NCBI GenBank assembly: GCA_002269645.1
Contig: NIVC01000946.1
Span: 248,001-312,000 of the forward strand
Length of the DNA: 64,000 bases
Origin: Macrostomum lignano
Lineage: Eukaryota
Direction: 5' to 3'
Below are positions 11,450 to 22,953 of the stretch, in pieces. The stretch's first letter is position 1, and the number at the start of each line of letters is the position of its first letter. Made by a program: the position numbers and the translations under genes. Under the pieces are notes generated by a model. It did no database searches and was not told the DNA's origin. It saw only the letters and a list, made by a program, of their open reading frames with translations.

Positions 11450-14400
11450 GGAGTAACGCGAAGTAGACCGCGCTAAGACTGAGATTTCCTCCTCAACTAG
11501 GGCTTGCATGTGCTATTTCGATCAAGTATGAGCAATCAAGACTCCAATCGAAGTGATGCACGCGGCTATCTCTGAGTTATTTGAACTCATCTTTATTGGT
11601 CTATTGATAGTGAAATGATCCATGATGTAGTCAATTTAATAATAGGAATGTTGCGCAAAGTGGCACCTATAGGTTGGGATAATGACCTAAAAGCATCCGA
11701 CAATTAAATGATTACAAATTTTAACCAAAGAACAGTCGATAGGTGACTTTCGATGCTGCAGGTTGCGTAGGCACTGCATGCGTCGCTGTTGTAACTGGGG
11801 AGTCGAAATGATGCTGTCGGGGGCGATGATTCTTGCCGGAGTTCAGTATCGGGATAGGCCATGCAGCTAGGGGTTATCAGCAGGGATTGGAACAATTGAC
11901 GGAATTAGCAATTAAATGACAGCCCAACAGTGGTCCTGAGCCAAGTCCAAGTCAGAGTCCAAGTGTACGACCCAGAGAGTGAGAAAGCGAGTGTTAAAGA
12001 GTTACTCAAATTGCGGGAAAACGAGCTGCTTATTTAGAGCTGAAATCAAAAAAGCCCCATGCGCGTGACTGCAGGTCGATGCACATGCAGGAACTCCGTG
12101 AACTCCCCTTGAACGAGTGAAGCAACCGAGTGGCATCACCTAGCTGCCTAGCCGTTACCGTGACTGGCTAAAAAATGGGTGGGTACGCTGCTTAAGGGTG
12201 GGGGATTGCGACATCACATTACATGGGAGAAATGACTTGCGGGAGGGGGAGTTCATTTGATGCTTTCTAGCTAGTTCGGTGATTCCGGAGCGGAGGTTGA
12301 GGTGCAGGGAAAGAGAAGTTGGGGAGCAGGGCATAGGGATGAGTACCTGTCATCGAGCGAAGGGGCTTGGGTTGAGCTCTGACGGACTAATATACATGAA
12401 TTTTTTATGGAAGGCTGACCGTGGTGACATCAAAACCATCATGGGAATAGTATTTAAAAATCGGTTAAAAATAAGTTAAATCTTCTTTGATAGGGCATCT
12501 TGTTCACGCAGCAACTTTTTATAATAAAGTTAAGCTAAAATTAGCTAAAACCTGTACCAGTAAATTTGAACTAACTAGAGTGATACGAGCGAGTTAACAA
12601 TTTTTTTGCACGAAATTAAACTGCGTTTTTTCGTCTGCGCCGCGCCGCGCCGCCTTGATTGGAGCATCATCGCTCGCAACGTGCAAGCATCTTCTCTTGT
12701 TGCGCGCACGTAGAGGGTAGAGATGCAGACTTTGCCTTGGTTCATCGCTGCCCGATCCCATTAAAAACTTTTTACTGAATCAACAACGAGAGTATCATCT
12801 TTTCTGTCGGCTTTTCATTCTATTAGGGCATTTGTATTTGCTATAGCATTAGTAGGCCTATTATAAGTAGCCTATTATAGATTCGTATATTGTCACTTAT
12901 ACAAGTTATAGTCAGACATAGTAATAGGAGTAATAGTACCTTAGACTATAACTAAGATAACACAGCCACAACTAGCTAATGCCTAGTTTATTGGGCTGGG
13001 TAGTAGGTCTAGCTAGCCAAGTGTCAGTAGGCCTATACTAAGTTTTCAATAATTTCTAATCATATTCAATATTCATACTCATAGCCTAGGCCTATAACAT
13101 AAAGGCAAGTCATTTATATAACAAAATTACTACATTAGATGGTTCATAATCCTATTTATACCATAGCAAAACTAATTTAGGGCCTATTCCATGACAACAC
13201 ACTAGACTTTTTTCGGAGGATAAGCACCCTGTGCTGACCATAGGCTAGGCATAGTTAATATTGTCTGCCATCTGCATGAAAAAACTTTTATTAGCCTATT
13301 TAGAAGAGACTGGAGTGTCTGCACCAAATAATTACTCACCTAGGGCCTAATTTAAAAAATAAAATCTTACTCTACATTAAGCTTGCTGTTTGCTACCTGT
13401 ACCAAAAATTGCAATCAAACCAATTTGCATTTCTCAAATCTTGAATTAATCTCAAATTAGTTCTAAAATTCTATAGAAAATAGTATCATCTCAAGGCTCT
13501 ATAGCTAAGGTAAAATCTATCCCAAAAACAAAGAACAATTCTGTATAGAAAGTAGGCCTATAAAAAATACATATGTACAATCAAAACTTCATTGTTTTTT
13601 TGGCCATGACATGGCATAAAAAAGCCTTAGGCCCTAGTAAATTAATATTGGTGCTCTAGTATTAGGCCTATCATTGCTACATTCAAATCCAACAATATGT
13701 GCAATCTTCTAGCAAAAAAATCTATTGGGCCTATTCTATGCACTTTTAAAAGTAAATTTTTGTGTTCTTTATGCTTGTTATATAGATGTACACCCCTTGA
13801 AATGGACCCTTTTTAACTTGTTCTTCAGTTTGAAGTTTTGTTTTGGCTAAATTTGACTTGGCTTTGCTTTGTTTATTTTTAGAAATAGGCCTTATAGGCC
13901 TTAGCATATGTAGTTACCCACATTAAATTATTTTTTTGTTTAACTTGTCTTTGTTGTGCTCATTTTAGCTATAATATAATGGCTAGGCATCTTGCACTAA
14001 CAATTATTTCCAATTGGTGCTTTTCAACAGCTGGCTAAGCAGTAAGCTATGTTGATCTAAATGTATATTAATATTATATATATAGTACCCCCTTAATATA
14101 CATTATAATGCCCCCATATTCTAGAAATAAAAAATTTTAAATATGAAATAAATCTATTAATTAAAATGAAACATAATTTCAAAGAACTATATAAATCATC
14201 ATTTAAAAATTATACAAAAGCAGTGCATCTTTTTTGTTTGCTCTTCTATCATAAACACTTTGACAAATTTTATGGCAATAAACAAACTCTACTTTGTCAT
14301 CTTTGTTATGGTCTTATTTACCTACAAGTACTATGGTGTCTTTCCTTTGTTACAACACTACTCAAGCTAAAACTCATTGTTTTGAAAACAATTACTGTTA

Positions 14401-14501
14401 ATCACTGTAAGGCCTACAGTTAAGCAGCAAGTTGAATTTGGCTTTCTGAGTATTAGCTATACTCAGCAGAGTATTGGAGTTGCCAAATACATTAAGCTAC
14501 A

Positions 14502-16365
14502 ATGGTAGGCTACTCATGCTCAGTCTGCCGGGACGCTGTCCCCTGCTCAGCCAGCAGCTGCTGTGCATTGCCATGCGGCCACGTGTTCCACCAGGCCTGC
14601 GCAGACACCTGGCTGGCCACATCGCGCTGTTGTCCGCTGTGCCGGGTGCGGGTGCCGCCAAAACCCGGCCCGCTCAAGCTGTTCTTCTCCAGCGAGGACT
14701 CCACTATGGACTGCAGCGTTGTTGACGCCGGCGGCGACTCGGCGTCCACGGCTGCTGACCTTCGAGTCCGAGTTGACGAGCTGTCCAGCTTGCTTCGCGG
14801 CGAGCAGGAGGCGCGCGAGTCTGCCGAGCTGCGATTGGCTGCGGCAGAAGCCGACCTTGCGGAGGCTGGCCGGCAGAAACTGCGCATGCAGAAGAGTCTG
14901 GATGTGGCCAGCCTGCAGGTGTCCCAGCTGCAGTCCTGCGCCAGTCAGCTGGAGGACGCATCCAGGTGGGTAGCGAGAGCTCATTCTGTAGATAGTTGAG
15001 TCGGAGCACACTCAGTGCAGTCAGCACATACTCAGCACACACTCAGTACACTCAGCACACACTCAGTACACTCAGCACACTCAGTACAGTCAGCACACAC
15101 TCAGTGTAGTCAGCACACTCAGTACAGTCAGCACACTCAGTGTACAGTCAGCACACTCAGTGTAGTCAGCACACTCAGTACAGTCAGCACACACTCAGTG
15201 CAGTCAGCACACTCAGTGCAGTCAGCACACTCAGTGCAGTCAGCACACACTCAGTACAGTCGAAACGGATTGAATTGGTAAAATCTCACTGAGAAGACCT
15301 TGAACTCATCGCCATATATAAAAATTCTTTAGAGAGGCCGACCGTTGGCGCAAGGAGGCCCGCGAGTACCGGGAGTCGCTCACCCTGTACGAGCACCTAC
15401 GCGCAGTTGTCGAAGGCGACGCGGCCGAGGCGGAGCGCCAGCTGGCGGAGTGCGGCAGCGCGGGAGCTACTCAAGCCTCGGTGCGCGAGCTCATGACTAT
15501 CGGTATGCAGCTTCGCCGGCATCTGGACAGGGCTAGGCGAGAGAAGCGGGACCTGCTGACTAGGGCCAACCACGCCGAGGTCAGGCTTCGGCGGGCCAAG
15601 GAGCGCCTGACGGCCATGCAGCAGCAGCAGCAGCTTGGAGCGACTGGCACGCCTTCCAATCAACGACGCGGACCCTCCGCCAGCGTCGGCTGCCAGACTG
15701 ACGGTGGCTCCGTTGTTGAATGCCTTCAGGAGTCACCGGCCGCCGCCTGTCCTCGCTCCCCGGTGTTCCGCGGCAGCTCGGCTCGGCAGCAGCGACGACA
15801 ACCGCAGCCGGTGAACGACTCAATGGCTGTGGTTGTCTTGGACGACGACGAGGACGAAGAGATCGATGGAAATGACGACGGCGTGTCGCCTCTGACCGGC
15901 CTCGCCTCCTGGCGCCCGACGCCGTCGTCTGTTGAATCGCCGATGCTTCGGACGCCGTTAAATCCATTTCGACGTGCGCACAGCGCCACCTCTGTTGTGG
16001 TGCTGTCTCAGCAGCGGCCTCAACAGCAGCAATCGCAGCCGCAGTTCTTGCCGCCGCAGCCTCCGTCACGTCCACCGCCTCCGAAGGCGGTCATCGGGCC
16101 GACCAATGCAGACCGGGTGGCCATCCGTCAGCCGCTCTCCTGGCCAGCCGGTCATCCTCCGCTGCGCCTCAGTCGCCGATACGACCGAAAATTCGCTCGG
16201 TTCTGTCTAGGAGAAATCCTGCCGGAGGCGGGTCAGTTCGACTGCCAAAGAAGATTGCGTCCAGTCGAGGAGTGGGGAGTCGCGGTGCAGCCAGCGGCGG
16301 CGGAATCGCGAAGTACTTTTATTCTAAGCCGAGTGACTGCGGAGGCGGTAGTGCCCAGTAGCTAA
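14502..16365 (+). CDS. TRAIP: TRAIP-like RING-H2 E3 ubiquitin ligase (exon 1 14502-14965; exon 2 15333-16365)
   Basis: N-terminal RING 'CSVC...CGHVFHQAC...W....RCCPLCR' followed by 'KLFF', as in TRAIP, then coiled coil and a low-complexity tail. The donor CAG|GTGGGT at 14965 and acceptor CTTTAG|AG at 15332 join in frame (R-E-A-D-R-W-R-K). Orthology is inferred from architecture and not confirmed by search. Confidence 0.7.
15005..15260. repeat. Intronic ~18-20-bp minisatellite (CACACTCAGTACAGTCAG)
   Basis: Repeated ACTCAGT(A/G)CAGTCAGCAC units fill most of the TRAIP-like intron. Confidence 0.9.
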
Positions 16366-16434
16366 TAGCTTGGTAGTTATTGATTGTGACTTGAGTAGAG
16401 CTGCGGGTTTGGTGATTTATTGTAGAATATCGAT

Positions 16435-17538
16435 AGAGAGGCCGACCGTTGGCGCAAGGAGGCCCGCGAGTGCCGGGAGTCGCTCACCCTGTACGAGCAC
16501 CTACGCGCAGTTGTCGAAGGCGACGCGGCCGAGGCGGAGCGCCAGCTGGCGGAGTGCGGCAGCGCGGGAGCTACTCAAGCCTCGGTGCGCGAGCTCATGA
16601 CTATCGGTATGCAGCTTCGCCGGCATCTGGACAGGGCTAGGCGAGAGAAGCGGGACCTGCTGACTAGGGCCAACCACGCCGAGGTCAGGCTTCGGCGGGC
16701 CAAGGAGCGCCTGACGGCCATGCAGCAGCAGCAGCAGCTTGGAGCGACTGGCACGCCTTCCAATCAACGACGCGGACCCTCCGCCAGCGTCGGCTGCCAG
16801 ACTGACGGTGGCTCCGTTGTTGAATGCCTTCAGGAGTCACCGGCCGCCGCCTGTCCTCGCTCCCCGGTGTTCCGCGGCAGCTCGGCTCGGCAGCAGCGAC
16901 GACAACCGCAGCCGGTGAACGACTCAATGGCTGTGGTTGTCTTGGACGACGACGAGGACGAAGAGATCGATGGAAATGACGACGGCGTGTCGCCTCTGAC
17001 CGGCCTCGCCTCCTGGCGCCCGACGCCGTCGTCTGTTGAATCGCCGATGCTTCGGACGCCGTTAAATCCATTTCGACGTGCGCACAGCGCCACCTCTGTT
17101 GTGGTGCTGTCTCAGCAGCGGCCTCAACAGCAGCAATCGCAGCCGCAGTTCTTGCCGCCGCAGCCTCCGTCACGTCCACCGCCTCCGAAGGCGGTCATCG
17201 GGCCGACCAATGCAGACCGGGTGGCCATCCCGTCAGCCGCTCTCCTGGCCAGCCGGTCATCCTCCGCTGCGCCTCAGTCGCCGATACGACCGAAAATTCG
17301 CTCGGTTCTGTCTAGGAGAAATCCTGCCGGAGGCGGGTCAGTTCGACTGCCAAAGAAGATTGCGTCCAGTCGAGGAGTGGGGAGTCGCGGTGCAGCCAGC
17401 GGCGGCGGAATCGCGAAGTACTTTTATTCTAAGCGAGTGACTGCGGAGGCGGTAGTGCCCAGTAGCTAATAGCTTGGTAGTTATTGATTGTGACTTGAGT
17501 AGAGCTGCGGGTTTGGTGACTTATTGGTAGAATATCGA
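16435..17538 (+). repeat. Second copy of a 1104-bp tandem duplication of the TRAIP-like terminal exon (ORF to 17469)
   Basis: Identical ORFs offset by 1104 nt (15345 vs 16449; 15481 vs 16585). The junction ATCGAT|AGAGAGGCC falls at the splice-acceptor AG. Confidence 0.9.
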
Positions 17539-17770
17539 TTTTGTGTCAAAATTATTGAATCGTATCTTGCGCTTTCTAGTCAGCTAATTAAACTGAGTTT
17601 ATAGGTAGGGGTATAGCTAGCAGGATATAGTGTAATAAATATGATATATCACCGTGGGTCTAGATTCCAGTATCTGCCATTAGTCGGGTTACTTAGTTTC
17701 AATAGATCTGGTATTTATTTAATAGTATCGAAGTATCTATCAACAGTTACGAATGTAATATCTAGCTCGT

Positions 17771-18776
17771 AGTTACTAGTATCGATGGGTCTAGTTACTA
17801 GTATCGATTGATCTAGTTACTAGTATCGATGGGTCTAGTTACTAGTATCGATTGATCTAGTTACTAGTATCGATAGGTCTAGTTACTAGTATCGATTGAT
17901 CTAGTTACTAGTATCGATGGGTCTAGTTACTAGTATCGATTGATCTAGTTACTAGTATCGATGGGTCTAGTTACTAGTATCGATTGATCTAGTTACTAGT
18001 ATCGATAGGTCTAGTTACTAGTATCGATTGATCTAGTTACTAGTATCGATGGGTCTAGTTACTAGTATCGATTGATCTAGTTACTAGTATCGATAGGTCT
18101 AGTTACTAGTATCGATTGATCTAGTTACTAGTATCGATGGGTCTAGTTACTAGTATCGATTGATCTAGTTACTAGTATCGATTGATCTAGTTACTAGTAT
18201 CGATGGGTCTAGTTACTAGTATCGATTGATCTAGTTACTAGTATCGATAGGTCTAGTTACTAGTATCGATTGATCTAGTTACTAGTATCGATGGGTCTAG
18301 TTACTAGTATCGATTGATCTAGTTACTAGTATCGATAGGTCTAGTTACTAGTATCGATTGATCTAGTTACTAGTATCGATGGATCTAGTTACTAGTATCT
18401 ATGAGGTCTAGTTACTAGTATCGATGGTCCAGTTACTAGTATCTATGATATCTAGTTACTAGTATCAATGGATCTAGTTACTATTATCTATGAGATCTAG
18501 TTACTAGTATCTATGAGATCTAGTTACTAGTATCTATGAGATCTAGTTACCTAGTATCGATGGGTCTAGTTGCTAGTGTCGGTTGGTCTAGTTGCTAGTG
18601 TCGGTTGGTCTAGTTACTAGTTTCGGTTGGTCTAGTTACTAGTTTCGGTTGGTCTAGTTACCTAGTTTCGGTTGGTCTAGTTACTAGTTTCGGTTGGTCT
18701 AGTTACTAGTTTCGGTTGGTCTAGTTACCTAGTTTCGGTTGGTCTAGTTACCTAGTTTCAGTTGGTCTAGTTACTA
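17771..18776. repeat. 22-bp quasi-palindromic minisatellite (CTAGTTACTAGTATCGATNNNN), ~45 copies
   Basis: CTAGTTACTAG at 17791, 17813, 17835...; TTGA and GGGT/AGGT spacer variants alternate. Confidence 0.95.
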
Positions 18777-19254
18777 GCACATGTTAGCTTATTAAATGAT
18801 TTAAAACGTTCACCACATCTAATTAACTGCAGCAGTATTTTAGACAAAGCTTAGTTGTTAATAGCGGCTCAAAATCTTTTATCAATCCGCAAATGAAAAA
18901 CTGCATTATATATTTTTTATTTATTCTTTGGCTGTGTGCCAATGATACTTTTCGATGACCATGCTAGGACTTAAGCTCTTTATATAAACATTTTATAGTC
19001 TCTATTATTATTAAATTAACGATTTTCATTGTAATTGCTCAGCATTTGTAGCTAAGTGTTGGAGGGCGTTTTCATGCTTTATTTTTCTGTATTCGCTCTT
19101 GTCCTGCATTTTTTAATCAAATACACCCCACTGAGGTGCTGCAATTTCTATTCCCTACACAATTTTCACCGAACTGTCTAAAACCGAAGGAAATATGAGC
19201 GGTCTCATTTTTTATGATCTGCACACGCGTCTCTTGAACCGCCCTCTCAGATTC

Positions 19255-20306
19255 CCTCTAGCTGGGTCACCGCCACCCTCCCAGATCCTCTGACTGGGTC
19301 ACCGCCACTCTCCCAGATCCTCAGACTGGGTCACCGCCACTCTCCCAGATCCTCAGACTGGGTCACCGCCACTCTCCCAGATCCTCAGACTGGGTCACCG
19401 CCACTCTCCCAGATCCTCAGACTAGGTCACTGCCACTCTCCCAGATCCTCAGGCTGGTCACCGCCACCCTCCCACATCCTCAGGCTGGGTCACCGTCACC
19501 TTTCAAGATCCTCAGACTGGGTCACCGCCACCCTCCCACATCCTCTGACTGGGTCACCGCCACTCTCCCAGATCCTCAGACTGGGTCACCGTCACCTTTC
19601 AAGATCCTCAGACTGGGTCACCGCCACCCTCCCACATCCTCAGGCTGGGTCACCGCCACCCTCCCAGATCCTCAGGCTGGGTCACCGTCACCTTTCAAGA
19701 TCCTCAGACTGGGTCACCGCCACCCTCCCACATCCTCAGGCTGGGTCACCGTCACCTTTCAAGATCCTCGGGCTGGGTCACCGCCACCTTCCCAGATCCT
19801 CAGGCTGGGTCACCGCCACCCTCCCACATCCTCAGGCTGGGTCACCGCCACCCTCCCAGATCCTCAGACTGGGTCACCGTCACCTTTCAAGATCCTCAGA
19901 CTGGGTCACCGCCACCCTCCCACATCCTCTGACTGGGTCACCGCCACTCTCCCAGATCCTCAGACTGGGTCACCGTCACCTTTCAAGATCCTCAGACTGG
20001 GTCACCGCCACCCTCCCACATCCTCAGGCTGGGTCACCGCCACCCTCCCAGATCCTCAGGCTGGGTCACCGTCACCTTTCAAGATCCTCGGGCTGGGTCA
20101 CCGCCACCTTCCCAGATCCTCAGGCTGGGTCACCGCCACCCTCCCACATCCTCAGGCTGGGTCACCGCCACCCTCCCACATCCTCAGGCTGGGTCACCGT
20201 CACCTTTCAAGATCCTCAGACTGGGTCACCGCCACCCTCCACATCCTCAGGCTGGGTCACCGTCACCTTTCAAGATCCTCAGGGCTGGGTCACCGCCACC
20301 CTCCCC
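19255..20306. repeat. 32-bp minisatellite (GACTGGGTCACCGCCACCCTCCCAGATCCTCA), ~33 copies
   Basis: GGGTCACCG recurs every ~32 nt. Confidence 0.95.
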
Positions 20307-20631
20307 AAGATATTAATTGATGCACCAAAAGTCAATAAATTTACTTCAATGCTTCGCTAAGTGAGCATGGCATGTTGCTGCCCTTCCTAGAGTGCGCATT
20401 AATAATAGCGTTTTCACAGATACAACTCAGCTTGCGAAAGTGCTGCTATAAGGATCCTCTTTGTAACTCTACAGGCCACACAAGTAAACATATACAAAAA
20501 AGTTTCTACAATCAAATGAAAGATGAGATCTTCTGCTTTCCAATGACTCGAAAATTGTTGAAGTTCAAGCATGCATTAATAATCCATAGGCAAAAGTATC
20601 ACTATAATTTTTGGACACCCCCTCGCAATTA

Positions 20632-20943
20632 CTAGCTTAAGATTGAGCCTAATCCATACAAAACCCCACAGTTTGCACTCGCAGTAGTGCTTCTGCACTT
20701 GCCGTGCTTGATGACCCGGCCGACCTTGACTTTGCAGCACTTGATGCAGATGAATGTCATGCTGACGACACTGAAGGTGCGCTTGCAGCAGCCGGCCGCG
20801 CCGCAGCTCTTCGAGACGCCGCGGTCCTCAATGGCGGTGCTCTCGTCGGCGGAGTTCTCAACCGGGCTGGCCGCGGCCGGCCCGCTTGAGAACAGCAGGC
20901 AGAGGCTGAAGGCCGCCATTATGAGTAGCAGATTAACACGCAT
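20632..20943 (-). CDS. Small secreted cysteine-rich peptide precursor (103 aa; signal + acidic propeptide + 8-Cys mature domain)
   Basis: Hydrophobic N-terminus MRVNLLLIMAAFSLCLLFSSGPAAA, acidic segment SPVENSADESTAIEDR, then C-x4-CC-x12-C-x2-CC-x12-C-x8-C. GC-rich island in AT-rich flanks; single coding exon. Confidence 0.8.
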   Translation of the reverse strand: MRVNLLLIMAAFSLCLLFSSGPAAASPVENSADESTAIEDRGVSKSCGAAGCCKRTFSVVSMTFICIKCCKVKVGRVIKHGKCRSTTASANCGVLYGLGSILS

Positions 20944-21854
20944 CTTCTCTTCAGACTAATAAATGGCCTCGTATGGCTATTGATGAGATGAGTTCGAATT
21001 TGCAGGTCGCTTCTTTGGATGCCCCCCAGTTGTAGGGTTCGGTTGTTGCTTTTATTCGTATGGCAATTTCGCGCTTGGCTCCAGCCCCCACCCCTTTAGG
21101 CAGCTAGTTTTAATTGGATTGAGCTGCAGCTTGGGTAGCTCCGAGCGATACTATAGCTAGGATAGGGATAGGAATCTTGAGCTGGCCTGCTCGTGCACGT
21201 GTCCGCTGTTCTCGTGTGCGCCGCTGGGGGTCGGTGCGACTGTAAGATCTCTCTCTACCTCTCTCTGTATTCACTGGTCTCTATTGTCTTCCTTAAGTGT
21301 CGTCTAAGGGGGTTGCATTAGCTTTATAAAACTGCCTCATAAACAGTCACTGCAAAACTACCGTGGCTTATGCTTGAGAAAAGCTAGTTGGAGAGAATGG
21401 AGATCGAGGAGCTAGGGGGCAGCTCGCACGTGTTCCAGCTATACACAGTGGCAATAGACCAGTATCAACTCTCGTAGCTATAATAGAGCAGCTCGACTGC
21501 CGATCGCGACTATATAGTTCACAGTACGTGAGCTCGCGCGAGCAAAACACACAGTCAGTATAGTAATTTCTGTCGGGTGGCCTGACAGCACAGCGCTTGC
21601 TGTACATGTACAGTGTACACTATCACAGCATGAAATCAACTATCGATTAAAAGCTTGCATTGATCCAATAACTTAAACTGGAGCATGAGCAGCGGGTATT
21701 ATATTGAGTACAGCAGTGAGCTGATCGATAAATAGCTGCATGTATATACACTCAGCATGACTAGGTACCCCGCGAGCCACACACTCATGCTGTCACGCGG
21801 CACAGGCACAAAGCATGTTAAATTGCTGACTCCATCAGGGCAACGCAACGCAAC

Positions 21855-22537
21855 GCAATTTTAGCAACGCATTGACTCATTTTAGCGACGCATTGACTCA
21901 TTTTAGCAACGCATTGACTCATTTTAGCAACGCATTGACTCATTTTAGCGACGCACTGACTCATTTTAGCAACGCATTGACTCATTTTAGCAACGCATTG
22001 ACTCATTTTAGCGACGAATTGACTCATTTTTGCGACGCATTGACTCATTTTAGCGACGCATTGACTCATTTAAGCGATGCATTGACTCATTTTAGCGATG
22101 CATTGACTCATTTTAGCGATGCATTGACTCATTTTAGCGATGCATTGACTCATTTTAGCGATGCATTGACTCATTTTAGCGACGCATTGACTCATTTTAG
22201 CGATGCATTGACTCATTTTAGCGATGCATTGACTCATTTTAGCGATGCATTGACTCATTTTAGCGACGCATTGACTCATTTTAGCGATGCATTGACTCAT
22301 TTAAGCGATGCATTGACTCATTTTAGCGATGCATTGACTCATTTTAGCGATGCATTGACTCATTTTAGCGATGCATTGACTCATTTTAGCGATGCATTGA
22401 CTCATTTTAGCGATGCATTGACTCATTTTAGCGATGCATTGACTCATTTTAGCGATGCATTGACTCATTTTAGCGATGCATTGACTCATTTTAGCGATGC
22501 ATTGACTCATTTTAGCGATGCATTGACTCCTTTTAGC
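21855..22537. repeat. 21-bp minisatellite (GCATTGACTCATTTTAGCGAT), 31 TGACTCA-containing units plus one variant
   Basis: ATTGACTCA at 21871, 21892...; the translated ORF shows 31 seven-codon units before a degenerate last unit. Confidence 0.95.
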
Positions 22538-22645
22538 GCCACAGGCACTTACGAGCGTATTATGGCGCCGATATGCGAATTTTAGCGCCAGAAAAAAATT
22601 TTGATTTCCATAACGGGCCACAAGGTGCGGAGGGGGACAAACCTT

Positions 22646-22953
22646 GGCGACGCCCCTGAGTGCAGATTAGTCAAGAGCATATAGTTAAGCATTTTATTTG
22701 CTCGCTTAGGCAACTGGAGCACACGGACGCTACACTCGATTTTCTAAGAAGCATGGGGGGACATGCCAATGTTGTCTCCCCCATCCCATCTTGTGGCCCG
22801 TTGTGGAAATCAATAATTTTGCTTTAGGGCGCTAAAAGTGTCTGCGGCGCCAAAATAAGTGCTAACAACACTGATTCCCAAAATAATGTAGGAATTTAGT
22901 CTTGTAGAATTCTTGGCGTCCCCCCCACCATAAAATTTATGGCGACGCCCCTG
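22646..22953. mobile_element. Two copies of a possible hAT-MITE-like right end (GGCGACGCCCCTG)
   Basis: Identical 13-mer at 22646-22658 and 22941-22953, whose reverse complement is CAGGGGCGTCGCC. No matching left end or TSD was found. Confidence 0.3.

Noticed and set aside
21872-22621. 237-aa (LTHFSDA)n ORF and antisense (MSQCIAK)n ORFs
   Set aside because: These are translation products of the 21-bp array. There is no start context, signal peptide or splice evidence.
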